Positions 1 to 7,746 of a stretch of DNA of 64,000 nucleotides are shown piece by piece. This DNA comes from an uncultured Nitrospirota bacterium (GTDB lineage: Bacteria > Nitrospirota > Thermodesulfovibrionia > Thermodesulfovibrionales > Dissulfurispiraceae): positions 27,210 to 91,209 of the forward strand of contig CAZIMB010000001.1 in the NCBI GenBank assembly GCA_964540275.1, read 5' to 3'. The position numbers were made by a program, and so were the translations under genes. Every line of letters begins with the position of its first letter. The first letter of the stretch is position 1. Under the pieces are notes generated by a model, which worked only from the letters and a program-made list of their open reading frames with translations, made no database searches and was not told the DNA's origin.

Positions 1-711
1 AGTAATTTTAATGTTTTCTATTGAATTACCATATATATCTGTAATAATACCATTAGCCTCATTGATTAATAGCCATCCGCCAGCAAAATCAAAGCTTCTT
101 GAAGGAGATGGTGTTGTAAATATGCTTATTGCTCCATAGGCAACATATGCAAGGTCTAAGGCCGTTGCACCGAGGCACCTTGTCCTTCGTGATTCAGAAA
201 GTAAATTCATTATCCTTGGAATATCAATTTTTGGGTTTGGTGCTTCATAACAAACAAGATAAAATATATTGTCTTTCTGAGCTTGTATTCTTTCATTATT
301 AAAAAAAGCTCCCTTTCCCTTTTCTGCCCAAAATTCATCTCCTGTAATTAGGTTTATAATATAGGATTGAGAAACACTTCCTATATTATCACCATCTGCT
401 ACTGCAATAGATGTGCAATAAAAAGGGATACCATTAATAGCATTTTTGCTACCATCTATGGGATCAATTATAATCTTTTTTCCTCCCCCATATAGCTCTT
501 TTATCCCTAATTCCTCTGAGACAATTGTGAGCGGTATCCGTAGGTTATCCAGGTAGTTAACAATAATATCTTCTGCCTTCTTATCTATTGGAAATGTCTT
601 ATCTCCAGATGCACCTTTTCCAATTGATTCAGATGCAAAAGGTCTAAGCCTCACCCCCCCTATATCTTTATAAAGCTTTTTTCCAATATTTCTTAATAAA
701 TCTATTTGCAT
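1..711 (-). CDS. Inositol monophosphatase / fructose-1,6-bisphosphatase family protein. Partial: the C-terminus runs off the left edge.
   Basis: Not in the ORF track because it is truncated. Hand translation from ATG at 711-709 gives MQIDLLRNIGKKLYKDIGG...RIPLTIVSEELGIKELYGGGKKIIIDPIDGSKNAINGIPFYCTSIAV... It carries the IMPase-family SEE and DPIDGS metal-binding motifs. The frame stays open to position 1. Confidence 0.75.
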   Translation of the reverse strand, partial: MQIDLLRNIGKKLYKDIGGVRLRPFASESIGKGASGDKTFPIDKKAEDIIVNYLDNLRIPLTIVSEELGIKELYGGGKKIIIDPIDGSKNAINGIPFYCTSIAVADGDNIGSVSQSYIINLITGDEFWAEKGKGAFFNNERIQAQKDNIFYLVCYEAPNPKIDIPRIMNLLSESRRTRCLGATALDLAYVAYGAISIFTTPSPSRSFDFAGGWLLINEANGIITDIYGNSIENIKIT

Positions 712-806
712 ATTTTTTTTGATTAGGGATGATATTTTATTATTATTTGACCATAATATAATACCAATTTTCCACTACCCAAAATAATTCATGGACTATA
801 GTTTAT

Positions 807-1000
807 GATATTATGAGTAATATAAGCATAACTCGTAAAGAAACATTTTCATTGGCAAAGCAGGAATGGCTTAAGAGTTGTTAACCTTAGTATATGAAAA
901 AGACATAAAAGATTGTATTATTCTTATGATCACTAGTACAAACCTTTTTAAAGGCTATAATATCATGCCTGCCTTGCTTAATTACGGATTAGTGATAAGC
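807..1000 (+). repeat. Intergenic repeat element, copy A (near full length)
   Basis: Hand alignment to 5938-6155, 30551-30637, 36884-36950 and 24634-24688. Shared blocks are GATATTATGAGTAA..TCGTAAAGAAACATT, GGCAAAGCAGG, TTTTTAAAGG and CATGCCTGCCTTGCTTAATTACGGATTAGTG. The right-hand 32 nt match copy C at 27/32. Confidence 0.7.
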
Positions 1001-1045
1001 TATAAGATTGACAATGTTTCTTTATCTAATTATTATAAAAAGACA

Positions 1046-2110
1046 ATGAATACAATAGATTTTACAAAATTGGTAAGGAAAAATATCCTTTCACTTAAAC
1101 CATATGAGCCAAAGGATATTCCCTGCAAAATAAAGCTTGATGCTAATGAGAGTCCTTACACTATAGATGTTAAGTTGAATAAAGGTATTTTTAAAAAAAT
1201 AAATCGTTATCCAGATCCAGAATCAAGGGATTTAAAAAAGGCAATCTCAAGACAACTTAAGATAGCTCGAGAAAATATATTATTAGGTAATGGTTCTGAT
1301 GAATTAATATATTATTTGATAACTGTCTTTGGAGGCCCTATTCTTTATCCAACCCCATCATTTTCAATGTATGGAATAATATCTCAGTCCCTTGGGGAGA
1401 AAAATATAGGCATACCACTTGATAAGGATTTTGACATAGATTTAGAGATGATGCTTTCTGCCATAAAAAAATACAATCCAAGACTTATATTTTTAAGCTC
1501 TCCCAATAATCCTACAGGAAATTGTTTTTCCTCTGAAAGAATATTAAAGATTATAGAGGAGTCAAAGGGGCTTGTTGTTGTTGATGAGGCTTATCAACCC
1601 TTTTCAAGTAAAATGGGGTTTTTGCCGTTACTTAAAGATTATAAGAATCTTGCCATAACAAGGACATTGAGTAAAATAGGATTTGCTGCCTTAAGGATAG
1701 GGTTTTTAATAGGTGATAGGGATTTGATAAAGGAGGTAAATAAAGTAAGACTCCCATTTAATATAAACTCTCTATCACAGACATTGGCAATAGAAGCATT
1801 TAGAAATAGAAGTATCATAGACTCTCAAATAAAAAAGATTATTTCTGAACGTGAAAGGGTCTATAGGGAATTAAAAAAAATTGAGGGTATAAAGATTTAT
1901 CCATCAGAGTCAAATTTTATACTTTTTAAGGTAAAAAATTCAGATAAGGTATATCAAAGATTGATAAAAGAGGGTATCTTGATCAGAAATTTAGGTGATT
2001 CAATAAAAAATGGCTTAAGGGTGACCATAGGAACCTATGAGGAAAATAATATATTTCTTGATGCATTAAGGAAAATAGTCGGGGAAATTAATGAGAAGTG
2101 CCAGGATTGA
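1046..2110 (+). CDS. hisC: Histidinol-phosphate aminotransferase
   Basis: ORF 878..2110. The start is trimmed to MNTIDFTKLVRKNILSLKPYEP, the typical HisC N-terminus. PLP-lysine context TLSKIGFAALRIG. An alternative in-frame ATG lies at 965. Overlaps hisB. Confidence 0.9.
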   Translation: MNTIDFTKLVRKNILSLKPYEPKDIPCKIKLDANESPYTIDVKLNKGIFKKINRYPDPESRDLKKAISRQLKIARENILLGNGSDELIYYLITVFGGPILYPTPSFSMYGIISQSLGEKNIGIPLDKDFDIDLEMMLSAIKKYNPRLIFLSSPNNPTGNCFSSERILKIIEESKGLVVVDEAYQPFSSKMGFLPLLKDYKNLAITRTLSKIGFAALRIGFLIGDRDLIKEVNKVRLPFNINSLSQTLAIEAFRNRSIIDSQIKKIISERERVYRELKKIEGIKIYPSESNFILFKVKNSDKVYQRLIKEGILIRNLGDSIKNGLRVTIGTYEENNIFLDALRKIVGEINEKCQD

Positions 2111-2678
2111 AAGAAAGACAAAAGAGACTGATATACGGGCTGAAATAAATATCGATGGTACAGGAGACTACTCTATCAATACATCTATCCCATTTCTTGA
2201 TCATATGCTATCATTGATGTGTAAACACGGGCTAATTGATTTGAAACTTGAGGCCAGAGGCGACATAGATGTTGATTATCACCATACAGTAGAGGATGTT
2301 GGTATAGTACTTGGTAAGGCATTCAAACAGGCCCTTGGAGATTTGACAGGAATATCAAGATATGGTCAATCATCTGTACCTATGGATGAGGCACTTGCAA
2401 TGGTAAGTATTGATATAAGCAATAGACCTTATCTTATCTATAATATATCCTTTCCTAAAAAAGCAAAATTAAAGGATTTTGACCCTGATCTTATAGAAGA
2501 CTTTTTTCAGGCATTTATAAGCAATGCTGGACTTACTATGCATATCAATGTTCCCTATGGAAGGAATACTCATCATATAATCGAGGCAGTATTTAAGGCA
2601 ACAGGCAGGGCATTAAGAGAGGCCTCAACAATTGACCCCAAAATAAAGGGACTTCCTACAACCAAGGGTAAGTTATGA
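2091..2678 (+). CDS. hisB: Imidazoleglycerol-phosphate dehydratase
   Basis: 195 aa, RIERKTKETDI...HHTVEDVGIVLG...HHIIEAVFKATGRAL. These are the characteristic IGPD His-rich motifs. Overlaps the hisC end by 20 nt. Confidence 0.93.
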   Translation: MRSARIERKTKETDIRAEINIDGTGDYSINTSIPFLDHMLSLMCKHGLIDLKLEARGDIDVDYHHTVEDVGIVLGKAFKQALGDLTGISRYGQSSVPMDEALAMVSIDISNRPYLIYNISFPKKAKLKDFDPDLIEDFFQAFISNAGLTMHINVPYGRNTHHIIEAVFKATGRALREASTIDPKIKGLPTTKGKL

Positions 2679-3790
2679 GCACATTTTTACATGCAGGTTC
2701 TCTTAAAATAGCAACAATTATAGGTATTCCTATTAGGGTTCATTTTACATGGCTTATTATATTTGGTCTTATAACATGGTCATTATCCCAATTCTATTTT
2801 CCAAAGGCTGCCCCAGAACTTCCTTTGAGATCATATTGGATTAATGCTCTTATTGCTGCTCTGTTATTATTTTTCTCTGTGGGATTTCATGAACTTGCCC
2901 ACTCATTGGTTGCCTTGAGATATAAACTCCAGATAATTAGCATTACCCTTTTTATATTTGGCGGTGTTGCCCAAATGAAAGGAGAACCCCCGAATCCAAA
3001 GGGAGAATTTAGAATTGCTGTTGCAGGCCCTCTTTCAAGCTTTTTATTATCATTGATTTTTTATATCTTAAACCATCTCTCATCTGACATCATAACAAAG
3101 GCACTTTTTTCTTATCTTTCACAGATAAATCTAATACTTGGTTTATTTAATTTAATCCCTGGATTTCCAATGGATGGTGGAAGGGTTGCGAGGGCTTACT
3201 TATGGAATAAAACAAAAGATTTTTTTTATGCAACAAGAAGGGCATCCAGTATCGGACAGAAGATAGCTATGTTTTTTATAATATTTGGTTTTATCTCTAT
3301 TTTTACCGGATTTCCAGGTGGTCTCTGGCTAATGTTAATAGGTTGGTTTCTTTATTCTGCTGCCCAGTCCAGTTATCAGCAGGCAAGCATTCAAGAGACA
3401 TTAAATAAAGTTAAGGTCAAGGATATAATGACAAAGGAGATTGTGACTATCCCATCCGATATATCTATTGATGATGCTGTTAATAATTACTTTCTCAAAT
3501 ATGGCTACGGTGGATTTCCAGTTGTTAGTAACGGGAAGTTTCTTGGATTTATAACCCTTAAAGAGATTAAGGATGTCCCAAGAGATAGATGGGTAGATAC
3601 AATCGTTTCCGATGTATATGTTCCACATGATAAGAGATGGGAGGTATCTGAGGATGATGATGCCTTTAAGTCTCTTGAATTAATGATAAATGAAGACAAA
3701 GGCAGACTCGTTGTAAAAAAAGGGGACCTTATCGTTGGTCTCATTACAAGAAATGGGATAGCAAGGTATGTGCAAATAATGGGGAGATAG
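2675..3790 (+). CDS. Site-2 protease family (M50) membrane metalloprotease with C-terminal CBS pair
   Basis: HELAH zinc motif inside multiple hydrophobic segments, plus NLIPGFPMDGGR. The C-terminal 120 aa or so has the CBS-domain pattern (VKDIMTKEIVTI...GLITRNGI). 4-nt overlap with hisB. Confidence 0.85.
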   Translation: MSTFLHAGSLKIATIIGIPIRVHFTWLIIFGLITWSLSQFYFPKAAPELPLRSYWINALIAALLLFFSVGFHELAHSLVALRYKLQIISITLFIFGGVAQMKGEPPNPKGEFRIAVAGPLSSFLLSLIFYILNHLSSDIITKALFSYLSQINLILGLFNLIPGFPMDGGRVARAYLWNKTKDFFYATRRASSIGQKIAMFFIIFGFISIFTGFPGGLWLMLIGWFLYSAAQSSYQQASIQETLNKVKVKDIMTKEIVTIPSDISIDDAVNNYFLKYGYGGFPVVSNGKFLGFITLKEIKDVPRDRWVDTIVSDVYVPHDKRWEVSEDDDAFKSLELMINEDKGRLVVKKGDLIVGLITRNGIARYVQIMGR

Positions 3791-3866
3791 GATTATTAAA
3801 TCCAACAAATTCAGGTATTTCTTGCCTAAACTTGTTTTCATTATAAATGGACATTTATAATCTCAT

Positions 3867-4595
3867 ATGCCAGAAACAGGATTAAAGGTAATACTTCTAA
3901 AACATACACCCAATCCAGAGGAGACCGTTGCAATGGCTGCAAAGCTATGCTACAGCTCCATTGATATTGAATCATTAAGGGATAAGATAGAGGCAAAGGA
4001 CCAGAATACATTTATTGAAAAACTAATGAAGATGGGGCATATGAGCCCAATAGAACACGCATCTTTTACCTTTGCCATTGAAGGTATTTCAAGGGCATGC
4101 TCACATCAACTCGTAAGGCATAGAATTGCCTCATACTCACAGCAATCCCAGAGATATGTTAGTGAAGAGAAAGGATTTGATTATATAGTTCCTCCAACAA
4201 TAAAGGAGGATAAAGAGCTTGCAATATATTTTGAAAATATTATGGCTCAAGCTCAAAATGCTTATAATTACATTGTTAAAAAACTTAATGAGAAAGGTAT
4301 AAAAGGGGAGGCAGCAAATCAAGATGCCCGTTTTGTTTTACCAAATGCAGCAGAGACCAAGATAATTGTTACTATGAATGCAAGGGAGTTATTGCACTTT
4401 TTCAGGATGAGGTGTTGCAATAGGGCTCAATGGGAGATTAGGCAGTTAGCAGAGGAAATGCTAAAGATTGTTAAGAAGGTATGTCCTGAAATATTTAAAA
4501 AGGCAGGACCAGCCTGTCTTTATGCACCATGTCCTGAAGGTGAATATTCCTGTGGCAAGGCAAAAGAAGTAAGAAGGAAATATCATCAGCAATGA
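3867..4595 (+). CDS. thyX: FAD-dependent thymidylate synthase
   Basis: ThyX signature RHRIASYSQQSQRY (RHRxxSxxxxSxR); 242 aa. Confidence 0.93.
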   Translation: MPETGLKVILLKHTPNPEETVAMAAKLCYSSIDIESLRDKIEAKDQNTFIEKLMKMGHMSPIEHASFTFAIEGISRACSHQLVRHRIASYSQQSQRYVSEEKGFDYIVPPTIKEDKELAIYFENIMAQAQNAYNYIVKKLNEKGIKGEAANQDARFVLPNAAETKIIVTMNARELLHFFRMRCCNRAQWEIRQLAEEMLKIVKKVCPEIFKKAGPACLYAPCPEGEYSCGKAKEVRRKYHQQ

Positions 4596-4618
4596 AACCT
4601 GATAAATTACTTTAAGAT

Positions 4619-5299
4619 TTATCTATTACTAATAGCCTGCATCTTTGCATCAATTATCATCAATCCCTTTGGATAAAGCCTTATAGGATTAAGATCTATT
4701 TCTTTAATCCTGTTGGTTGATATTGTCTCTGATACAGCAATAACTATTTTTATTAAAGAATCTATATCCAGAGGCTCGTTTTGGCGGAATCCTTCTAAAA
4801 TTTTATAACATTTGACCTGTTTAATTAACCAGATAGCATCGTCCTTATTAAGAGGGGCAAGTCCAAAGGATACATCTTTATATAGTTCTACAAAAAAACC
4901 CCCAAGTCCAAACATAACAATAGGACCGAATTGTTCATCAACAATTCCACCAACTATAACCTCAATCCCAGGTGGTGCTAATTCCTCTATAAGTACACCC
5001 TCTGCAAATTCTAAATTAATTAGATCCCTGAAAGCGCTTACCAATTCAGCTTCATCTTTTATACCAATTCTAAGTCCTTTGACATCACTTTTTGAGGTGA
5101 TTAGGGTAGATGATACCTTTGCAACGAGAGGATATTTTAAATCTATTGGAGGAAATTCCCCTTCTTTTGGAATGAATATACTTCTTGGCACAGAAAAGCC
5201 CATTTTTTTAAAAAGACCTTTTATTTCATGTTCAAGAAAGGTATGTCTATGAATATTTTTTTCTAAAAAATCAATTACAATTTCTGATGTATATGACAT
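4619..5299 (-). CDS. ATP-grasp protein resembling the beta subunit of ADP-forming acetyl-CoA synthetase (acetate--CoA ligase family)
   Basis: 226 aa. The pattern is EHEIKGLFKKMGFSVPR...YPLVAKVSS...KSDVKGLRIGI...VIVGGIVDEQFGPIVMFGLGGFFVE...EIDLNP, as in ATP-grasp_5 / AcdB-like proteins. No alpha subunit is adjacent. Confidence 0.65.
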   Translation of the reverse strand: MSYTSEIVIDFLEKNIHRHTFLEHEIKGLFKKMGFSVPRSIFIPKEGEFPPIDLKYPLVAKVSSTLITSKSDVKGLRIGIKDEAELVSAFRDLINLEFAEGVLIEELAPPGIEVIVGGIVDEQFGPIVMFGLGGFFVELYKDVSFGLAPLNKDDAIWLIKQVKCYKILEGFRQNEPLDIDSLIKIVIAVSETISTNRIKEIDLNPIRLYPKGLMIIDAKMQAISNR

Positions 5300-5338
5300 C
5301 TTAAATTAATAAGCCCTTTAGTCATTTATTTTAAAATT

Positions 5339-5665
5339 TTAATCACTTCTCTGCCATTTGCATTGCTGGTTTATGCATCTGCATTCTAGTTTAAATGGAT
5401 CAGGGTCATAACAATCCTTCCATTCACATGTTGTGATTACAGGCTCTTCGTGTTTAGATTGGCATACCTGCCCAGAACATCCACCTCTTATACAATCAAT
5501 ATCTACATCACATCTGCCAGAGGTTTCCCATCCACAAAAGCCCTTTTCAGGTTTTATGAATGACCCCAATGCGACCTGTGAAGAAAAAGCGGTATCAGGC
5601 AAGACTATGTAAATGGCTAATAGGATTACAAGCAATATAAAATATATTATGAAATTCTTTTTCAT
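5339..5665 (-). CDS. Small secreted cysteine-rich protein (10 Cys in the mature part)
   Basis: N-terminal signal-like hydrophobic segment MKKNFIIYFILLVILLAIYIVL. The core is CGWETSGRCDVDIDCIRGGCSGQVCQSKHEEPVITTCEWKDCYDP...CRCINQQCKW. As I recall it, this resembles the 'eight-cysteine-cluster' domain family. ATGA overlap with the upstream ORF. Confidence 0.6.
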   Translation of the reverse strand: MKKNFIIYFILLVILLAIYIVLPDTAFSSQVALGSFIKPEKGFCGWETSGRCDVDIDCIRGGCSGQVCQSKHEEPVITTCEWKDCYDPDPFKLECRCINQQCKWQRSD

Positions 5666-5871
5666 ATTTCTTTTTTAAGTTCTCCAATCTCTTTCTCAAG
5701 TTGGGCAATCCTATTTATCTCTTGGGTTTGAGGAGAGGAAATTTCTTGATGAATATTGCTATTTATTTTAATAGCCCCTGAAAATGTATGCGTATATCTG
5801 ATAAAATGTTTTTCTGTCTCAATTAAGCAGCCTAGGATCCGAATTTCTATATCATTTAAAATTATTTCCAT
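5662..5871 (-). CDS. DUF480/YceH-like remnant that looks in-frame internally deleted (69 aa)
   Basis: The N-terminus LNDIEIRILGCLIETEK resembles the YceH start (LTALEARVIGCLLEKQ). IRYTHTFSGAI and the C-terminal coiled coil RIAQLEKEIGELKKEI resemble the YceH C-terminus (RYMHLFSGEV...VEALEIEVAELKQ). About 145 central residues are missing. The comparison is from memory of E. coli YceH. Confidence 0.4.
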   Translation of the reverse strand: MEIILNDIEIRILGCLIETEKHFIRYTHTFSGAIKINSNIHQEISSPQTQEINRIAQLEKEIGELKKEI

Positions 5872-5937
5872 ATAATATCTTTATATCATAAAGATATGTT
5901 TGTTTTAAAGTATTTTTTAAAATTATATATTTATTTT

Positions 5938-6155
5938 GATAGATCATTAGTACAATTCGTAAAGAAATATTTGCATAAGCAAGCAGGTGTGTCTAAAAGC
6001 CTTTAGACTTAGTTTTTGAAATAACATTATCTTATTTTCATCATCATTATCAGTGATAACTGATATATTTATAATCTTTCCATCGAAAATAAACAAATAA
6101 CCTCTTTTAAAGGGCTTGATGCCATGCCTGCTTGATTAAATAAAGGGCAATAGAT
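5938..6155 (+). repeat. Intergenic repeat element, copy B (longest)
   Basis: GATAGATCATTAGTACAATTCGTAAAGAAATATTTGCATAAGCAAGCAGG ... TGATATATTTATAATCTTTCCATCG ... CCTCTTTTAAAGGGCTTGATGCCATGCCTGCTTGATTAAATAAAGG. Perfect internal inverted repeat CAAGCAGG (5980-5987) / CCTGCTTG (6127-6134). Confidence 0.7.
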
Positions 6156-6190
6156 TTGAATACCATTAATAATTATGTATATAATATTGC

Positions 6191-7699
6191 ATGGCCTATA
6201 AGGATTTAAGAGATTTTATTAGATTGCTTGAAAGAAAAGGGCTTATTCATAGGATAAAGGTAGAGGTTGATCCTATCCTTGAGATCTCAGAAATTACTGA
6301 TAGGATGTGTAAAAGTCCAAATGGAGGTGTGGCGTTATTCTTTGAAAAGGTAAAAGGATCAAGATATCCTGTTGTCACTAATCTTTTTGGATCATTTGAG
6401 AGAATGAGTCTTGCATTAGAGGTTGATAGTCTTGACGATGTTGCGATGAGGATAGACAAACTTATTCATCAATCACCACCAAAGACACTAATGGAAAAGA
6501 TCGCCTTGCTTCCAAAACTTTTTGAAATATCTAAATGGCTTCCGAAGAGAGTCAAGGATGCACCGTGTCAGGAGGTAGTAGAAAAGGATAATCCAGACTT
6601 AAGCAAGTTTCCTATTATTAAGTGTTGGCCAAATGATGGTCAGATTAGTGATGCAGTTAGAAGACAATTTCCAGAGGATGCATTTCCACCTAAAAATGAG
6701 GGTAGATTTATAACATTTCCAATGGTTTTTACAAAAGACCCAGAAACAGGAAGGCAAAATTGTGGAATGTATAGGGTTCATGTGTATGATAAAAATACAA
6801 CTGGTATGCATTGGCACATTCATAAAGATGGCGCAAGACATTATGATAAATACAAGGCCTTAAATAAAAGGATGCCTGCTGCTATAGCAGTAGGTGGTGA
6901 CCCTGCAATTATTTATTCTGCAAGTGCTCCATTACCAGAAGGAATAGATGAGATGTTGTTTGCTGGCTTCTTGAGGAGGGAACCAGTAGAAATGGTTAAA
7001 TGCATAACCTCTGATATTGAGGTGCCAGCAAATAGTGAACTTGTTATAGAGGGATATCTTGAGCCAGGAGAGATGTTAGTAGAAGGACCTTTTGGTGATC
7101 ACACAGGTTTTTATTCAGCTGCAGATTACTATCCTGTTTTCCATGTTACCTGTATAACACACAGAAAGGATATGATCTATCCCGCAACTATCGTAGGAAA
7201 GCCTCCTATGGAGGATTGTTATATGGGAAAGGCTACAGAACGAATATTTCTGCCATTAATAAGGCTTGAATTTCCTGAGATTAGGGATATGAATCTTCCT
7301 ATGGAAGGGGTTTTTCATAATTGTGCCTTAATCTCCATAAAAAAGAGCTATCCAGGACATGCAAAAAAAATTATACATGGATTATGGGGTAAAGGACAGA
7401 TGATGTTTGCAAAGTTGTTGATTATTGTTGATGATGACGTAGATGTCCAAAATATATCCTATACAGCATGGCGTGTGCTGAATAACGTTGATTGGAAGAG
7501 GGATGTAGTTATCTCTGAAGGACCCCTCGATGACCTTGACCATGCTGCTAAATTCCCAAGATATGGATCAAAGATGGGCATTGATGCTACGAGAAAGACA
7601 AGGGAAGAAGGCATGATGAGGGATTGGCCTGATGAACTATTTATGTCAGATGAGATTAAAAGGCTTGTTGATAGTAGGTGGAAAGATTACGGCTTCTAA
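6191..7699 (+). CDS. ubiD: UbiD-family (prenylated-FMN dependent) decarboxylase
   Basis: 502 aa. N-terminus MAYKDLRDFIRLLERKG, and FGDHTGFYS, are typical of UbiD / menaquinone-pathway decarboxylases. Confidence 0.85.
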   Translation: MAYKDLRDFIRLLERKGLIHRIKVEVDPILEISEITDRMCKSPNGGVALFFEKVKGSRYPVVTNLFGSFERMSLALEVDSLDDVAMRIDKLIHQSPPKTLMEKIALLPKLFEISKWLPKRVKDAPCQEVVEKDNPDLSKFPIIKCWPNDGQISDAVRRQFPEDAFPPKNEGRFITFPMVFTKDPETGRQNCGMYRVHVYDKNTTGMHWHIHKDGARHYDKYKALNKRMPAAIAVGGDPAIIYSASAPLPEGIDEMLFAGFLRREPVEMVKCITSDIEVPANSELVIEGYLEPGEMLVEGPFGDHTGFYSAADYYPVFHVTCITHRKDMIYPATIVGKPPMEDCYMGKATERIFLPLIRLEFPEIRDMNLPMEGVFHNCALISIKKSYPGHAKKIIHGLWGKGQMMFAKLLIIVDDDVDVQNISYTAWRVLNNVDWKRDVVISEGPLDDLDHAAKFPRYGSKMGIDATRKTREEGMMRDWPDELFMSDEIKRLVDSRWKDYGF

Positions 7700-7746
7700 A
7701 ATAAACCACTTAATTTTTCTTCGATAATAACTTTTTAATTAAAATA

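Noticed and set aside
878-1045. N-terminal extensions of track ORFs: hisC from 878, tamB from 10786, bamA from 14840, the SurA-like gene from 17508, ampG from 53030, and the membrane protein from 33661.
   Set aside because: The extensions overlap the preceding gene or run through the intergenic repeat element. They begin at non-ATG or unsupported codons and add residues that do not resemble the family N-termini. Internal ATGs give canonical N-termini or signal peptides.
3401-3744. Antisense or out-of-frame ORFs in the six-frame track nested inside long, well-supported genes. Examples: 3401-3628, 3505-3744, 4137-4322, 4812-5252, 11322-11702, 13140-13610, 35061-35399, 42841-43227, 50614-50943, 51764-52276, 54034-54312, 63549-63848, and all similar 60-170 aa entries.
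   Set aside because: Each lies entirely within a longer ORF that has clear family motifs. Their translations are low-complexity (Ser/Ile/Leu/Phe-rich), as expected for shadow frames in AT-rich DNA. None has a ribosome-binding site or recognisable motif.
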